Source: Bdellovibrionota bacterium (GTDB taxonomy: Bacteria; Bdellovibrionota; Bdellovibrionia; Bdellovibrionales; JAEYZS01). From it: a stretch of 64,000 nt of DNA. Where the stretch lies: assembly GCA_040386775.1 (NCBI GenBank), contig JAZKEU010000008.1, positions 169,184-233,183 of the forward strand. Direction: 5' to 3'. The notes beneath the pieces are model-generated. The model ran no database searches and had not been told where the DNA came from. It saw only the letters and a list, made by a program, of their open reading frames with translations. The position numbers and the translations under genes are program-made. Positions 43,648 through 52,638 of this stretch are shown here, piece by piece (within the stretch, counting starts at the first letter, position 1; the number at the start of each line of letters is the position of its first letter).

Positions 43648-43903
43648 AAAAAAGATGTAGCTTCAGAAGGTTGTTGGATTAATTTCCAAGGTTTTCAAAT
43701 CTGAGGGGCTTTCAAACCTATTATATTGCAGTTATTATGCCTGCTTAAAAATAGGTTTATTTGTTTTTGAAGAAAAAAAGATGTCTAAGCTTCTGATTTT
43801 AAGGCTCTAAAATGTTATCTAAAGGATTGCTGCAATATTGTTGCAATATATAGGCTACAATAAATTCAACCACAGATTACTTATGAAAATATCTGTCTCT
43901 AAA

Positions 43904-43934
43904 TAATAAAAAGGGCACTCTCTGAAGTGCCCTT
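43904..43934 (-). terminator. rho-independent terminator of the POT transporter gene
   Basis: Stem AAGGGCAC(T) / (A)GTGCCCTT. On the minus strand it is followed by TTTTTATTATTT. Confidence 0.7.
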
Positions 43935-43982
43935 AAAATTAAGTATAGTTGTCAACAAAATGTCGACGCTGAAACAGGAAAG

Positions 43983-45350
43983 TTAAACTTCTTTTCCGAT
44001 CGCGTTTGATAATGGTTTTTTCAATATGAAGAAAACCAAACCAGTTCCGATTCCCAATGCTGTAAGCATCATAAAGAAGCTGTCTGATGACATCTTGGTG
44101 TAGAAAGTACCTAAGAATCCAGTCATGTAGTTTCCAAAGAAGCTAGACAAGAACCACATACCCATCATCATAGACATGATTGGTCTTGGTGAAACTTTTG
44201 TTACAAGCGATAGACCGATTGGAGACAAGAAGATTTCACCCATAGTGAATATCCATGTTGTAGCCATCAACCAGAACACACTTCCTTTTTCTGCCCCTGG
44301 AACAAATTTCGCAGCGGCAATCATCACAATATAAGCAGCACCGCAAAGGAAACAACCAATACCCATCTTCAATACTGAAGAAGGTTCTGATTTTCTCTTA
44401 GCTTGCCAAGTCCATAGGATATTTACTACAGGAACGAATAGGAAAATGAACATTGGGTTGAAAGATTGAAACCATGTCGATGGTATTTCCCAGCCAAAGA
44501 AATTCCAATCTGTTTTGTCATCTGCCCACAACTGAAGCGTATTACCTTGCTGTTCAAAAATCGCCCAGAAAGTGATGTTCAAGAAACAAAGAACGGCCAA
44601 TGCCCAAACAGAATTCCACTCTGCTTTAGTCAGAGGTCTTTTTTCAACTTTCTCATCTTCTTTAAAAACATCTCTTGGAACTAAATCACTACCTAACCAG
44701 TAAGTGAAGAGACCGATGATCATACCCACACCAGCAGCGCCAAAGCCCCAGTGCCATCCCACTTTTTGTCCTAGTGTTCCGCAAACAAGAGGGGAGAAAA
44801 ACGCACCTAAGTTAATCCCCATGTAAAAGATCGAGAATGCTCTATCGCGTCTTGGATCGTTTTCTGGATAAAGGTTACCCACTTGAGTAGAAATATTTGG
44901 TTTAAAACAACCGTTACCCAAGATGATAAAAAGAAGTGCCAACAAGAACATTTCTTCTGAAGCCATCAAAAAGTGACCAATCGCCATCAAAATACCGCCA
45001 AGATACACTGTGCGGTACTGACCTAAAACTTTATCGGCAATGATACCACCAAAAAATGGTGTGAAATATACAAAGCCCGTGTAAAGACCGTAAATCTGAG
45101 AACTCATCTGCTGAATATTCATTTCCCCAAATGTCGACATCAACATTGATTCCAATGCTGCATAACCAAGAACTGCTTTTGCTCTTTCTGGTTCCAGTAA
45201 TAGATATTTAGTCATATAAAGGACAAGAAGAGCTCTCATGCCGTAGTACGAGAATCTTTCCCACATTTCAGTAAAGAACAAAACGAACAAACCAGCCGGA
45301 TGTCCGAAGAACTCCTTACCTTGTAATTTCTTAGTTACCAAACTTTTCAT
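43983..45350 (-). CDS. POT/PTR2-family di/tripeptide:proton symporter
   Basis: The start is moved to M18 with a GAGAGGGA SD. GHPAGLFVLFFTEMWERFSYYGMRALLVLY is the PTR2 signature, and about 12-14 TM helices are present. Confidence 0.9.
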   Translation of the reverse strand: MKSLVTKKLQGKEFFGHPAGLFVLFFTEMWERFSYYGMRALLVLYMTKYLLLEPERAKAVLGYAALESMLMSTFGEMNIQQMSSQIYGLYTGFVYFTPFFGGIIADKVLGQYRTVYLGGILMAIGHFLMASEEMFLLALLFIILGNGCFKPNISTQVGNLYPENDPRRDRAFSIFYMGINLGAFFSPLVCGTLGQKVGWHWGFGAAGVGMIIGLFTYWLGSDLVPRDVFKEDEKVEKRPLTKAEWNSVWALAVLCFLNITFWAIFEQQGNTLQLWADDKTDWNFFGWEIPSTWFQSFNPMFIFLFVPVVNILWTWQAKRKSEPSSVLKMGIGCFLCGAAYIVMIAAAKFVPGAEKGSVFWLMATTWIFTMGEIFLSPIGLSLVTKVSPRPIMSMMMGMWFLSSFFGNYMTGFLGTFYTKMSSDSFFMMLTALGIGTGLVFFILKKPLSNAIGKEV

Positions 45351-45561
45351 ATTTTTTCCCTCTCGATTCACAGAGATTGTTAAGTCTTTAATTTTAGCCA
45401 CTTTCTTGGAAGCTAAAGTAAGGTATCTTGATTAATAAAATTTGGCAGATGTATCAAGAGTTGATATGGATATGTCGCCTCACGTTAAACATAATTCTAA
45501 GAATAGAGTTGCCTTTTAAGGGTGGTTTTTAGATTCTCTGCCTCTTTAAAGGGGGAATTCT

Positions 45562-46548
45562 ATGAAAAATATTTTTCTATCGATCGTTATGTTGTCAATG
45601 ATGTTATTCCAAGTTCAAGCTCAAGCGAACTGGGATATCCGTAATGTAAAAAAACCGGCTCCGAGAGCTGTATTGAACAGCCTTTCAAAAAAGAAAGTAA
45701 AATCTAGTGAAACAGATAAATATCAAATTGGTTCTGAGTGGGGAAAAAAAGTTGTTACAAAAGATTCATTAAAAAATGAAAGCGATGTTTTCCAAAAAAC
45801 AGCTTTAAGAACCGCAAAGTTTGGTTCCTTCATGGGCAGCGGAACAGCTTTTTACCTTGGAAAATTCAATGGGAAGCACATTATGGCTTCAAATTATCAC
45901 GTTATTACCACTGCTGATGATTGCAAGAATGGTAGAGCAGAGTTCACCATGATCGGAAAGATCTTTTCATGTGCGGAATTCTTAGGTTCGTGGTCCGATG
46001 TGGACTACTCTTTGGTAGCAATCAAAGTTAAACCTGAAGATGAAGCTGTTCTTGAAGGTCTCGGCCAAAACATGGCTTGGGATTCTAAGCCTTACAAAGG
46101 TCAAAAGCTTCTTACAATCGGTCACGGCTTTGCAAACAACCCATCTCAAAAACTAGTGTCAAACCAGGATGAAGATTGCATGACTTACTCTGAAGAAACA
46201 GACGTAAGATTTATGGCTGATCCAGACGATGTGAATCCCGGGGATTACAAAGTATGGTCATTTGCGAATGGCTGCGATGTTTCTCACGGAGACTCAGGAT
46301 CAGCAATGGTTGATCGCAACACCGGTGAAATGGTGGGGATTATATGGACAGGCAGAATTCCAAAAGACAAAAAGGTTCAAGACTCAACTTATCTGTCAGA
46401 CATTTACCATCAAAATTCTGAAGACGTTTGGAAACAACTTTCATACAGTGCTCCAGCTTTCAAAATTAAAGAAGTACTATCAAAGTACCTAGACGACAAA
46501 GAACTGTCAGTTGACACCGAGAAGACTATCAGACAAATTCTCAACTAG
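45562..46548 (+). CDS. secreted trypsin-like (S1 family) serine protease
   Basis: Signal peptide. Catalytic His (ASNYHVITTADDC), Asp (DYSLVAI) and Ser (SHGDSGSAMVD) appear in the correct order. Confidence 0.7.
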   Translation: MKNIFLSIVMLSMMLFQVQAQANWDIRNVKKPAPRAVLNSLSKKKVKSSETDKYQIGSEWGKKVVTKDSLKNESDVFQKTALRTAKFGSFMGSGTAFYLGKFNGKHIMASNYHVITTADDCKNGRAEFTMIGKIFSCAEFLGSWSDVDYSLVAIKVKPEDEAVLEGLGQNMAWDSKPYKGQKLLTIGHGFANNPSQKLVSNQDEDCMTYSEETDVRFMADPDDVNPGDYKVWSFANGCDVSHGDSGSAMVDRNTGEMVGIIWTGRIPKDKKVQDSTYLSDIYHQNSEDVWKQLSYSAPAFKIKEVLSKYLDDKELSVDTEKTIRQILN

Positions 46549-46563
46549 GAGAATACTGTCCGG

Positions 46564-47688
46564 ATGGGAAAAGACAAAAAGAATATCCTGCACATATGCT
46601 TATCGCCTTCGGAAGGAGGCCTTGAGCTTTACGCGGTAAGACTCACAGATTCTTTCGAAAAAGATGGTTATGAGTCTTATTGTCTTTGTCGCCCAGGTTC
46701 TTTCGTTGAGAGAAAATTAAAAGAAAATAATCTAAAGTCCATCACTATGACTGGTAAAGATTATTTTTCCTTCAAAAACATTCGACATCTTAAAAAGCTC
46801 ATCAAAGAACACAACTTTGAAGTGATTTTTGTTCATAGACTCAAGGATCTTTGGCTCACTTACTGGATCAAAATAAAGTTTCCAAATGTAAAAGTGATCG
46901 GCTTTACCCAAATGTTTGTGGACTATCCCAAAAAAGGATTTTTCCATAAATTGGTTTACGGAAAAATTGATCAAATGATCACTCTGACAAATATTCAAAA
47001 AGAACATTTATTAGGAATGTTACCAATTCCGGCAGAAAAATACGTTGTGATTCCTAATGGTGTGGATAGCGAAAAATTTTTGCCTCAAGACAGAAAAGAT
47101 CCTGAAAGATTAAAAACTAGAAAAGCCTTAGGCGTAGAAAAAGAAAACGACATTTTGGTTGGACTCATCGGCAGATTTGATCGCCAGAAAGGTCAGCTTG
47201 AATTTATCGAAGCCATTAAAAACCTCAAAGACAAACATCCCAACGTAAAATACGTTTTGGTGGGCGCAGACACTTATGGGGAAGAACCTCTCCAAAAGAA
47301 AATACTAAATGAAATTCTAGTGAGCAATCTGAACTCCCATGTGCAGGTCAGAGGTTTTTCTAATGAGGTCCAAAAAATTATGAAAGCGCTCGATGTTTTT
47401 ATTATGCCTTCATACAAAGAAACTTTCGGGATTGTGCTCGTAGAAGCAATGGCTTGCGAAAAAATTTGTATTTCCACAAATAGCGGTGGGCCAGTCGAGA
47501 TTTTAGACAATGGAACTTATGGATTACTTATAGAGCCCCAATCTTCAAAAGCAATCGAAGATGGAATTACAGAAATCGTTAGAAACCTCAAGAAATACGA
47601 AGAAAAAGCAAAACAAGCCCGCAACCGCGTACAGCAAAAATACCGCCTAAAAGACATCTTCACAAAAATCAAAGAACTCACTTACTAG
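46564..47688 (+). CDS. GT4-family glycosyltransferase
   Basis: GRFDRQKG and PSYKETFGIVLVEAMACEKICISTNSGGPVEIL (E-x7-E) motifs. Confidence 0.85.
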   Translation: MGKDKKNILHICLSPSEGGLELYAVRLTDSFEKDGYESYCLCRPGSFVERKLKENNLKSITMTGKDYFSFKNIRHLKKLIKEHNFEVIFVHRLKDLWLTYWIKIKFPNVKVIGFTQMFVDYPKKGFFHKLVYGKIDQMITLTNIQKEHLLGMLPIPAEKYVVIPNGVDSEKFLPQDRKDPERLKTRKALGVEKENDILVGLIGRFDRQKGQLEFIEAIKNLKDKHPNVKYVLVGADTYGEEPLQKKILNEILVSNLNSHVQVRGFSNEVQKIMKALDVFIMPSYKETFGIVLVEAMACEKICISTNSGGPVEILDNGTYGLLIEPQSSKAIEDGITEIVRNLKKYEEKAKQARNRVQQKYRLKDIFTKIKELTY

Positions 47689-47701
47689 GTACCAGTTACC
47701 T

Positions 47702-48475
47702 TTAAGTTGTTATATGGTAGCCGCTATCGACGTAGATGACTTCGCCTGTGATGAATTTACTTTGATCACCGCAGAGGAAGGCTCCGAGATCGCCCACGCT
47801 TTCTTGAGTGATGTTTTCTTTGAGTGGAGTTTTTTCTTCTGCGGCTTTTAACATCGTTCTAAAATCTCTAATTCCAGCAGCTGCTAATGTTTTTACAGGA
47901 CCTGCAGAGATTGCGTTCACTCGAATTTTTTCAGGCCCCAAATCATACGCTAAATATCTAACACAAGCTTCAAGGGCGGCCTTAGCAACACCCATCACAT
48001 TGTAATTTGGAACAACTCTTTGAGCTCCTAAGTACGAAAGAGTAATGATTGATCCCCCAGCATTCATAAACTTGTGTGCATACTTTGCACAAGCAACAAG
48101 AGAATATGCACTGATATCCAGCGCCAATTTAAAACCATCACGAGATGTATCCATGAATCGACCCTCAAGGTCCTCTTTATTTGCAAAAGCCACAGAGTGC
48201 ACGACGGCGTCTAGTGAATCCCATTTTTTTCCTAACTCTGAAAAACATTTTTCGATTTCTTGATCTGAAGAGACATCGCAAGGGTAAATGAACGGGGAGC
48301 CAAGACTCTCTGCCAATGGGCGAACTCTGGATTCCATTTTTTCATTCACATAAGTGAAGGCCAATTCAAACCCTTGGGCATGAAGAGACTGGGCAATTGC
48401 CCAAGCCAAACTTCTTTCATTTGCTACGCCAAAAATAATTGCACGTTTTTTTTCTGTTTTTTTTTCTGTTGTCAT
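47702..48475 (-). CDS. fabI: enoyl-[acyl-carrier-protein] reductase (NADH) FabI
   Basis: AIIFGVANERSLAWAIA, the Y-x6-K segment (NYNVMGVAKAALEACVRYLA), and AISAGPVKTLAA. Confidence 0.92.
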   Translation of the reverse strand: MTTEKKTEKKRAIIFGVANERSLAWAIAQSLHAQGFELAFTYVNEKMESRVRPLAESLGSPFIYPCDVSSDQEIEKCFSELGKKWDSLDAVVHSVAFANKEDLEGRFMDTSRDGFKLALDISAYSLVACAKYAHKFMNAGGSIITLSYLGAQRVVPNYNVMGVAKAALEACVRYLAYDLGPEKIRVNAISAGPVKTLAAAGIRDFRTMLKAAEEKTPLKENITQESVGDLGAFLCGDQSKFITGEVIYVDSGYHITT

Positions 48476-48517
48476 AACTTTGTCCTTTTCCCAATTCAGT
48501 AGTCGTTATTGTGACGA

Positions 48518-49285
48518 CTAAAATTTTTCTTCAGGTGTCAAGAATCTCCATTTACCTTCAGGGAGATCATCAAGAAGTACATTACCGATTCTTAATCTCA
48601 AAAGACTAAGCACTTGCAAACCTACAAGCTCACACATTCTTCTGATTTGTCTTTTTTTGCCTTCTGTTAATACAAAAACCAAAAAATCTTCTCTGGTCTG
48701 CTTAATTCTTGCTCTTTTTAAAGGCTTTCCATCTAAATGTAGACCGAATTCTAACTTTTTAATGATCTCAGGTGTCACGGTTCCACTGACGCGAACCAGA
48801 TATTCTTTTTCGATATTTGAGTCTTCCCCGATCAATTGTTTTGCAATTGTTCCATTCTGCGTAAAAACAATAAGTCCTCTAGAGTCAATGTCCAGTCTCC
48901 CAGCAGGAGCCAAACCGTCAAAGTGTTCTCTTTTTAATTTTTCCTCACCTAAAAATTGATTTTCCTTGGTAATTAAAACCACAGCAGGTTTGTGATCGTC
49001 TTCAGGTTGGCCAGAAACATAACCAACAGGTTTGTTGAGAATGATTGTGGCTTTTTCAGATTGTTTTTTTTGTGCCTTTTCAACTAACTCAATATGCTGA
49101 GTGGGATAAACTTTGACTCCCAATTCACGAACGATTTCACCATCGACACGAACCAGCCCCTTTGCGATATATTCATCTGCTTCACGACGAGAACACAGCC
49201 CCTTAAGAGCCATTGCTTTATTTAGTCTCATTTTTTCTTGTTTTGAATTTTTACTTTCCGCCGTCATGGTGTTTATACTATGCAT
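48518..49285 (-). CDS. RsuA/RluB/RluF-family pseudouridine synthase
   Basis: N-terminal S4 domain ([21 protein letters not shown]), catalytic [12 protein letters not shown] and the KKRQIRRM motif. Confidence 0.85.
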   Translation of the reverse strand: MHSINTMTAESKNSKQEKMRLNKAMALKGLCSRREADEYIAKGLVRVDGEIVRELGVKVYPTQHIELVEKAQKKQSEKATIILNKPVGYVSGQPEDDHKPAVVLITKENQFLGEEKLKREHFDGLAPAGRLDIDSRGLIVFTQNGTIAKQLIGEDSNIEKEYLVRVSGTVTPEIIKKLEFGLHLDGKPLKRARIKQTREDFLVFVLTEGKKRQIRRMCELVGLQVLSLLRLRIGNVLLDDLPEGKWRFLTPEEKF

Positions 49286-49381
49286 TATTAAGAGTAGTAA
49301 TCAACTATATTTTATTTGATATTGAGTCATCAAAGACCTAACTTTGTTCTATAGACACTTAAACATCAAAAGGATTCACTC

Positions 49382-50068
49382 GTGAAAGATATTCAACCCA
49401 CATCACTCATCGATAAAGTTAACAATCAAATCAACAAAAACAAAACGGTTGTCATTGGATTTCTTGTTTTGGTTTTAGTAGGAATTGGTGGCTACTCAAT
49501 TTACTCCACCTATAATCACAAGTACGAAGAAAAAGCTCAGTCTGCTTTTTTTGATGCAGAAAGATTGCATGCTGCTAACCAAGTTGCAGCTCAGCCTACT
49601 AAAAATCAAACAGCGAAAGATACACCTCCAACAAATGTAGATACAAAGCAAGTTGAAGAAAAGTTAACCTCTATTATCATAGAGTTCCCAAAATCAAGAG
49701 CCAGTGTACAAGCTTCCATCTTGTTTGCAGATATTCTTTTACAGAAAAAAGACTCAGCAAAGGCTATTGGAGTACTAGAAAAAGAATTTTCAAACTACTC
49801 GGGACATTTGTTAGACTCAATGCTTGCGCTAAAACTTTCTGGAGTTTACGAGCAAAACAGCCAGTGTGATAAAGCTCTTCCTGTCTTAGACAAAATTTAT
49901 AAATCTAAAGTTTCAGAATTGAAACCTGAAGCTTTGCTCAGAACAGCTCTGTGCGAAGAAACTCTTGGTCAAACAGACAAGGCCAAACAATCATACCAAA
50001 AACTTGCGACAGAATTTTCTGACACAAGCCAAGGACAACAAGCTCAAAAGTTTCTTAAAATTTTGTAG
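49382..50068 (+). CDS. YfgM-like membrane-anchored TPR protein
   Basis: GTG start with an AAGGA SD. One TM followed by a TPR-like helical domain. Its position immediately upstream of bamB mirrors enterobacterial yfgM-bamB synteny. Confidence 0.5.
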   Translation: MKDIQPTSLIDKVNNQINKNKTVVIGFLVLVLVGIGGYSIYSTYNHKYEEKAQSAFFDAERLHAANQVAAQPTKNQTAKDTPPTNVDTKQVEEKLTSIIIEFPKSRASVQASILFADILLQKKDSAKAIGVLEKEFSNYSGHLLDSMLALKLSGVYEQNSQCDKALPVLDKIYKSKVSELKPEALLRTALCEETLGQTDKAKQSYQKLATEFSDTSQGQQAQKFLKIL

Positions 50069-50114
50069 TAGTCACAACAGTGACTACTACATCAGGGATA
50101 GGCAGGTTAGGATC

Positions 50115-51269
50115 ATGAATAAGAAATTTTCAAAATACTTATTAGCATTTTTATTTTTATGTGTTTCATGTTCGACTCTTACTTCTAAGCAATCTTACTT
50201 TTTAGATACCAAGACAAACTGGGTAAGATCAACTCTTCGCGAAGAATATCTTGGACCAAAACTAGTTCACTCGATGTCACCTACGTTAATTGAAGACACT
50301 ATCTTTCAAGGCAATGCCGCAGATGGACTGGTAGCTATCCATCAAAAATCTGGAAATATTCTTTGGAGAAAAGACATTAAGAACGGTGTGAATTCTGGTG
50401 CTGTTCAATACAAAGACAATGTTTACTTTGGCGGAAACGATGGCCAATTCTATGCTTTAAAGGCCTCTAACGGCCAACTTGTATGGACTTTTCCAACTCA
50501 ATCAGAAAGTTTATCGGCACCTGTTCTTGATGGATCTAGTATTTACTTTTTAGCAGGCAATGGAACACTCTATTCTTTAGACGCTGTCACTGGCAAAATG
50601 AATTGGTCTTACGCTCAAAGGGACAACTCCAGCATCAATATTCGTGCGGCTTCCAGTCCAGTTGTGGATGGAAACTTTCTTTATATTGGATTTAGCGATG
50701 GAACATTCTCATCTTTTGATAAAAAGAATGGTTTTTTAAAATGGGAAAGAAATATAGCGGCTCCACAAGACCGCTTTAAGGACGTTGGATCATCACCGAC
50801 AATCAGCGGTGAAAACATTTACGTATCAACTTACGGCGGAAGTTTATTTTCAATTAAAAAAACCAGTGGAGAAATCAATTGGAAATCAGATGAAGGCAGT
50901 TCATCTGCGGCAACAACTGTTGCCGATAAAATCTATTATTCAACGACAAACAAAAAACTCATTGCTTTGGACAAACAAACCGGAAAACAGCTTTGGGCAT
51001 ATGCAATCAAAGAAGGCGTTGGAACAAAGCCTCTCGTATACAAAGACTTAGTGATCATTGGAACGTCAGAAGGTCCCGTAGAAATTCTTTCTATGATCGA
51101 TGGCAAACTGGTTAAGCAGTTTGCCACTGGGTGGGGAATTTCGGCTCCCATCACTATAAATACAGTCACCGAAGATATTTTTATTATGTCTAACTACGGC
51201 AATATTTATTCTGTGAACCTCAAATGGAAAAAGCCTTCCAATCAATGGCCATGGGAGAAAAAAGAATAA
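50115..51269 (+). CDS. bamB: outer membrane assembly lipoprotein BamB (PQQ-like beta-propeller)
   Basis: The start is moved to M51 (MNKKFSKYLLAFLFLCVSCS lipobox). Contains repeated G.LYALDA.TGK..W type blades. Confidence 0.75.
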   Translation: MNKKFSKYLLAFLFLCVSCSTLTSKQSYFLDTKTNWVRSTLREEYLGPKLVHSMSPTLIEDTIFQGNAADGLVAIHQKSGNILWRKDIKNGVNSGAVQYKDNVYFGGNDGQFYALKASNGQLVWTFPTQSESLSAPVLDGSSIYFLAGNGTLYSLDAVTGKMNWSYAQRDNSSINIRAASSPVVDGNFLYIGFSDGTFSSFDKKNGFLKWERNIAAPQDRFKDVGSSPTISGENIYVSTYGGSLFSIKKTSGEINWKSDEGSSSAATTVADKIYYSTTNKKLIALDKQTGKQLWAYAIKEGVGTKPLVYKDLVIIGTSEGPVEILSMIDGKLVKQFATGWGISAPITINTVTEDIFIMSNYGNIYSVNLKWKKPSNQWPWEKKE

Positions 51270-51634
51270 TGAAAAAATTATTTTTTACAGCAATAACTTT
51301 AAGTTTAATAACAGCTGCGTGTTCTTCAAAGCCATGCCGTGAAGTGAATATGAGCGGTGTTCCTGAAAGCATTCAAGTAACAAGTGCTGCAAAGAATGTT
51401 TTGGTTTATAAGTACGACGGAACAAAACAATGTGGTGAAGGCCAAGAAGTTACTTTGGATGCTATGAGCAGACAAATGAGAGACATTAAAATTATTTCTA
51501 TGAGCAAAAAACATGACGGAATGATGCGTATCCAAGTTTGCGGGGCACCCACGGGGCACGCCAACGTTTACGAAATTTCAGATGCCGACGTAAGCAAAGC
51601 CAAATCTTATGGCTTTTTACCTTGGAAATTTTAG
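51269..51634 (+). CDS. small lipoprotein, unknown function
   Basis: The start is moved to MKKLFFTAITLSLITAACS. Its ATG overlaps the bamB stop (TAATG). Four conserved-looking Cys residues. Confidence 0.5.
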   Translation: MKKLFFTAITLSLITAACSSKPCREVNMSGVPESIQVTSAAKNVLVYKYDGTKQCGEGQEVTLDAMSRQMRDIKIISMSKKHDGMMRIQVCGAPTGHANVYEISDADVSKAKSYGFLPWKF

Positions 51635-51651
51635 CACGCACACATTAGAAG

Positions 51652-52638
51652 TTGATAATGATAAGAGTAAATCAGGAAATAGCAGAATTTAAAAATCTAC
51701 CCAATGAGTTCCGCAAGAACGGCTATTTTGTTGTATCCAAAGATGACTATGCTTTTGTTGTGAGTTCAGAAGAATTTCCTAAACCTTTCCAAAATGCCCA
51801 AAAAGAAACAAAAAAATATGAATTATTCTTATCAGCACTTTTACATGGAAATGAAGTGGGCGGAATCCAAGTTCTAAATCATTTTGCTAAAAAAATTATT
51901 ACGGACAAAATTAAAATCCCTCACTCTTTTTTCTTTTGTCTAGGCAACATCGAAGCCGCTCAAAAAGGTGTACGCTTTATTGAAAGAGACCTGAATAGAT
52001 CTTTTTTAGCACCTTCCACAGAGTTATTAGAAGAAAAATTAGCAGTTCGAATCAGCAATTATGTAAAAGACTGCGCTTACTGTATCGACATTCATCAGAC
52101 CAATCAGGATGCAGTGACTCCTTTCATGATTTTTATTTACACGTCAGAGAAAATGAATTTTTCAAGACACATGGATGCGCAAATTCCAGTTATTGTTTCT
52201 GTAGAAGAACGACATAAAGATGGATCCACATTGGATTTTTACTGCTACAAACACAATATTATTAGCACAACGCTGGAGTTAGGAAAAACTGGCTTTCATG
52301 AAAAACAAGCAGACTTTGGAGTAGCTTATTTATCCAATTTCTTAACTTTACCTGATCTTCACAAAGAAGAACCTTTTAAGAATGTTTATCGTGTTGCAGA
52401 TACGATCTATTGGTTTGATGACCGAATAGCACTCCATCCCGGATACAATAATTTTTCTATGATTAAAAAAGGTGAAGTTCTTGGAAAAAAAGGTGAGGCG
52501 GATTATCCATCTCCCTATGACGGCGTAATGCTTTTTCCTAAATACGGAGATATCGCTCTAAAAACCAAAGAAGTATTCACCATCGCTCAGTCGGTATTGA
52601 GCTTTGAAGATCTAAAAAAACCTAAAGATGCAAAATAA
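51652..52638 (+). CDS. succinylglutamate desuccinylase/aspartoacylase-family zinc hydrolase
   Basis: LLHGNEVGG and CIDIHQT metal-ligand motifs. The ATG at 51658 may be the true start, because the ORF-track start is TTG. Confidence 0.6.
   Translation: MIMIRVNQEIAEFKNLPNEFRKNGYFVVSKDDYAFVVSSEEFPKPFQNAQKETKKYELFLSALLHGNEVGGIQVLNHFAKKIITDKIKIPHSFFFCLGNIEAAQKGVRFIERDLNRSFLAPSTELLEEKLAVRISNYVKDCAYCIDIHQTNQDAVTPFMIFIYTSEKMNFSRHMDAQIPVIVSVEERHKDGSTLDFYCYKHNIISTTLELGKTGFHEKQADFGVAYLSNFLTLPDLHKEEPFKNVYRVADTIYWFDDRIALHPGYNNFSMIKKGEVLGKKGEADYPSPYDGVMLFPKYGDIALKTKEVFTIAQSVLSFEDLKKPKDAK

Noticed and set aside
37711-43982. Possible genomic island integrated at tRNA-Leu (J-domain protein, ArsR-SRPBCC, GltS-like, exported proteins, AT-rich end region)
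   Set aside because: There is no integrase and no convincing direct repeat of the tRNA 3' end. The only resemblance is a weak TCTG..GGGGC match near 43700. The gene content is not clearly foreign.
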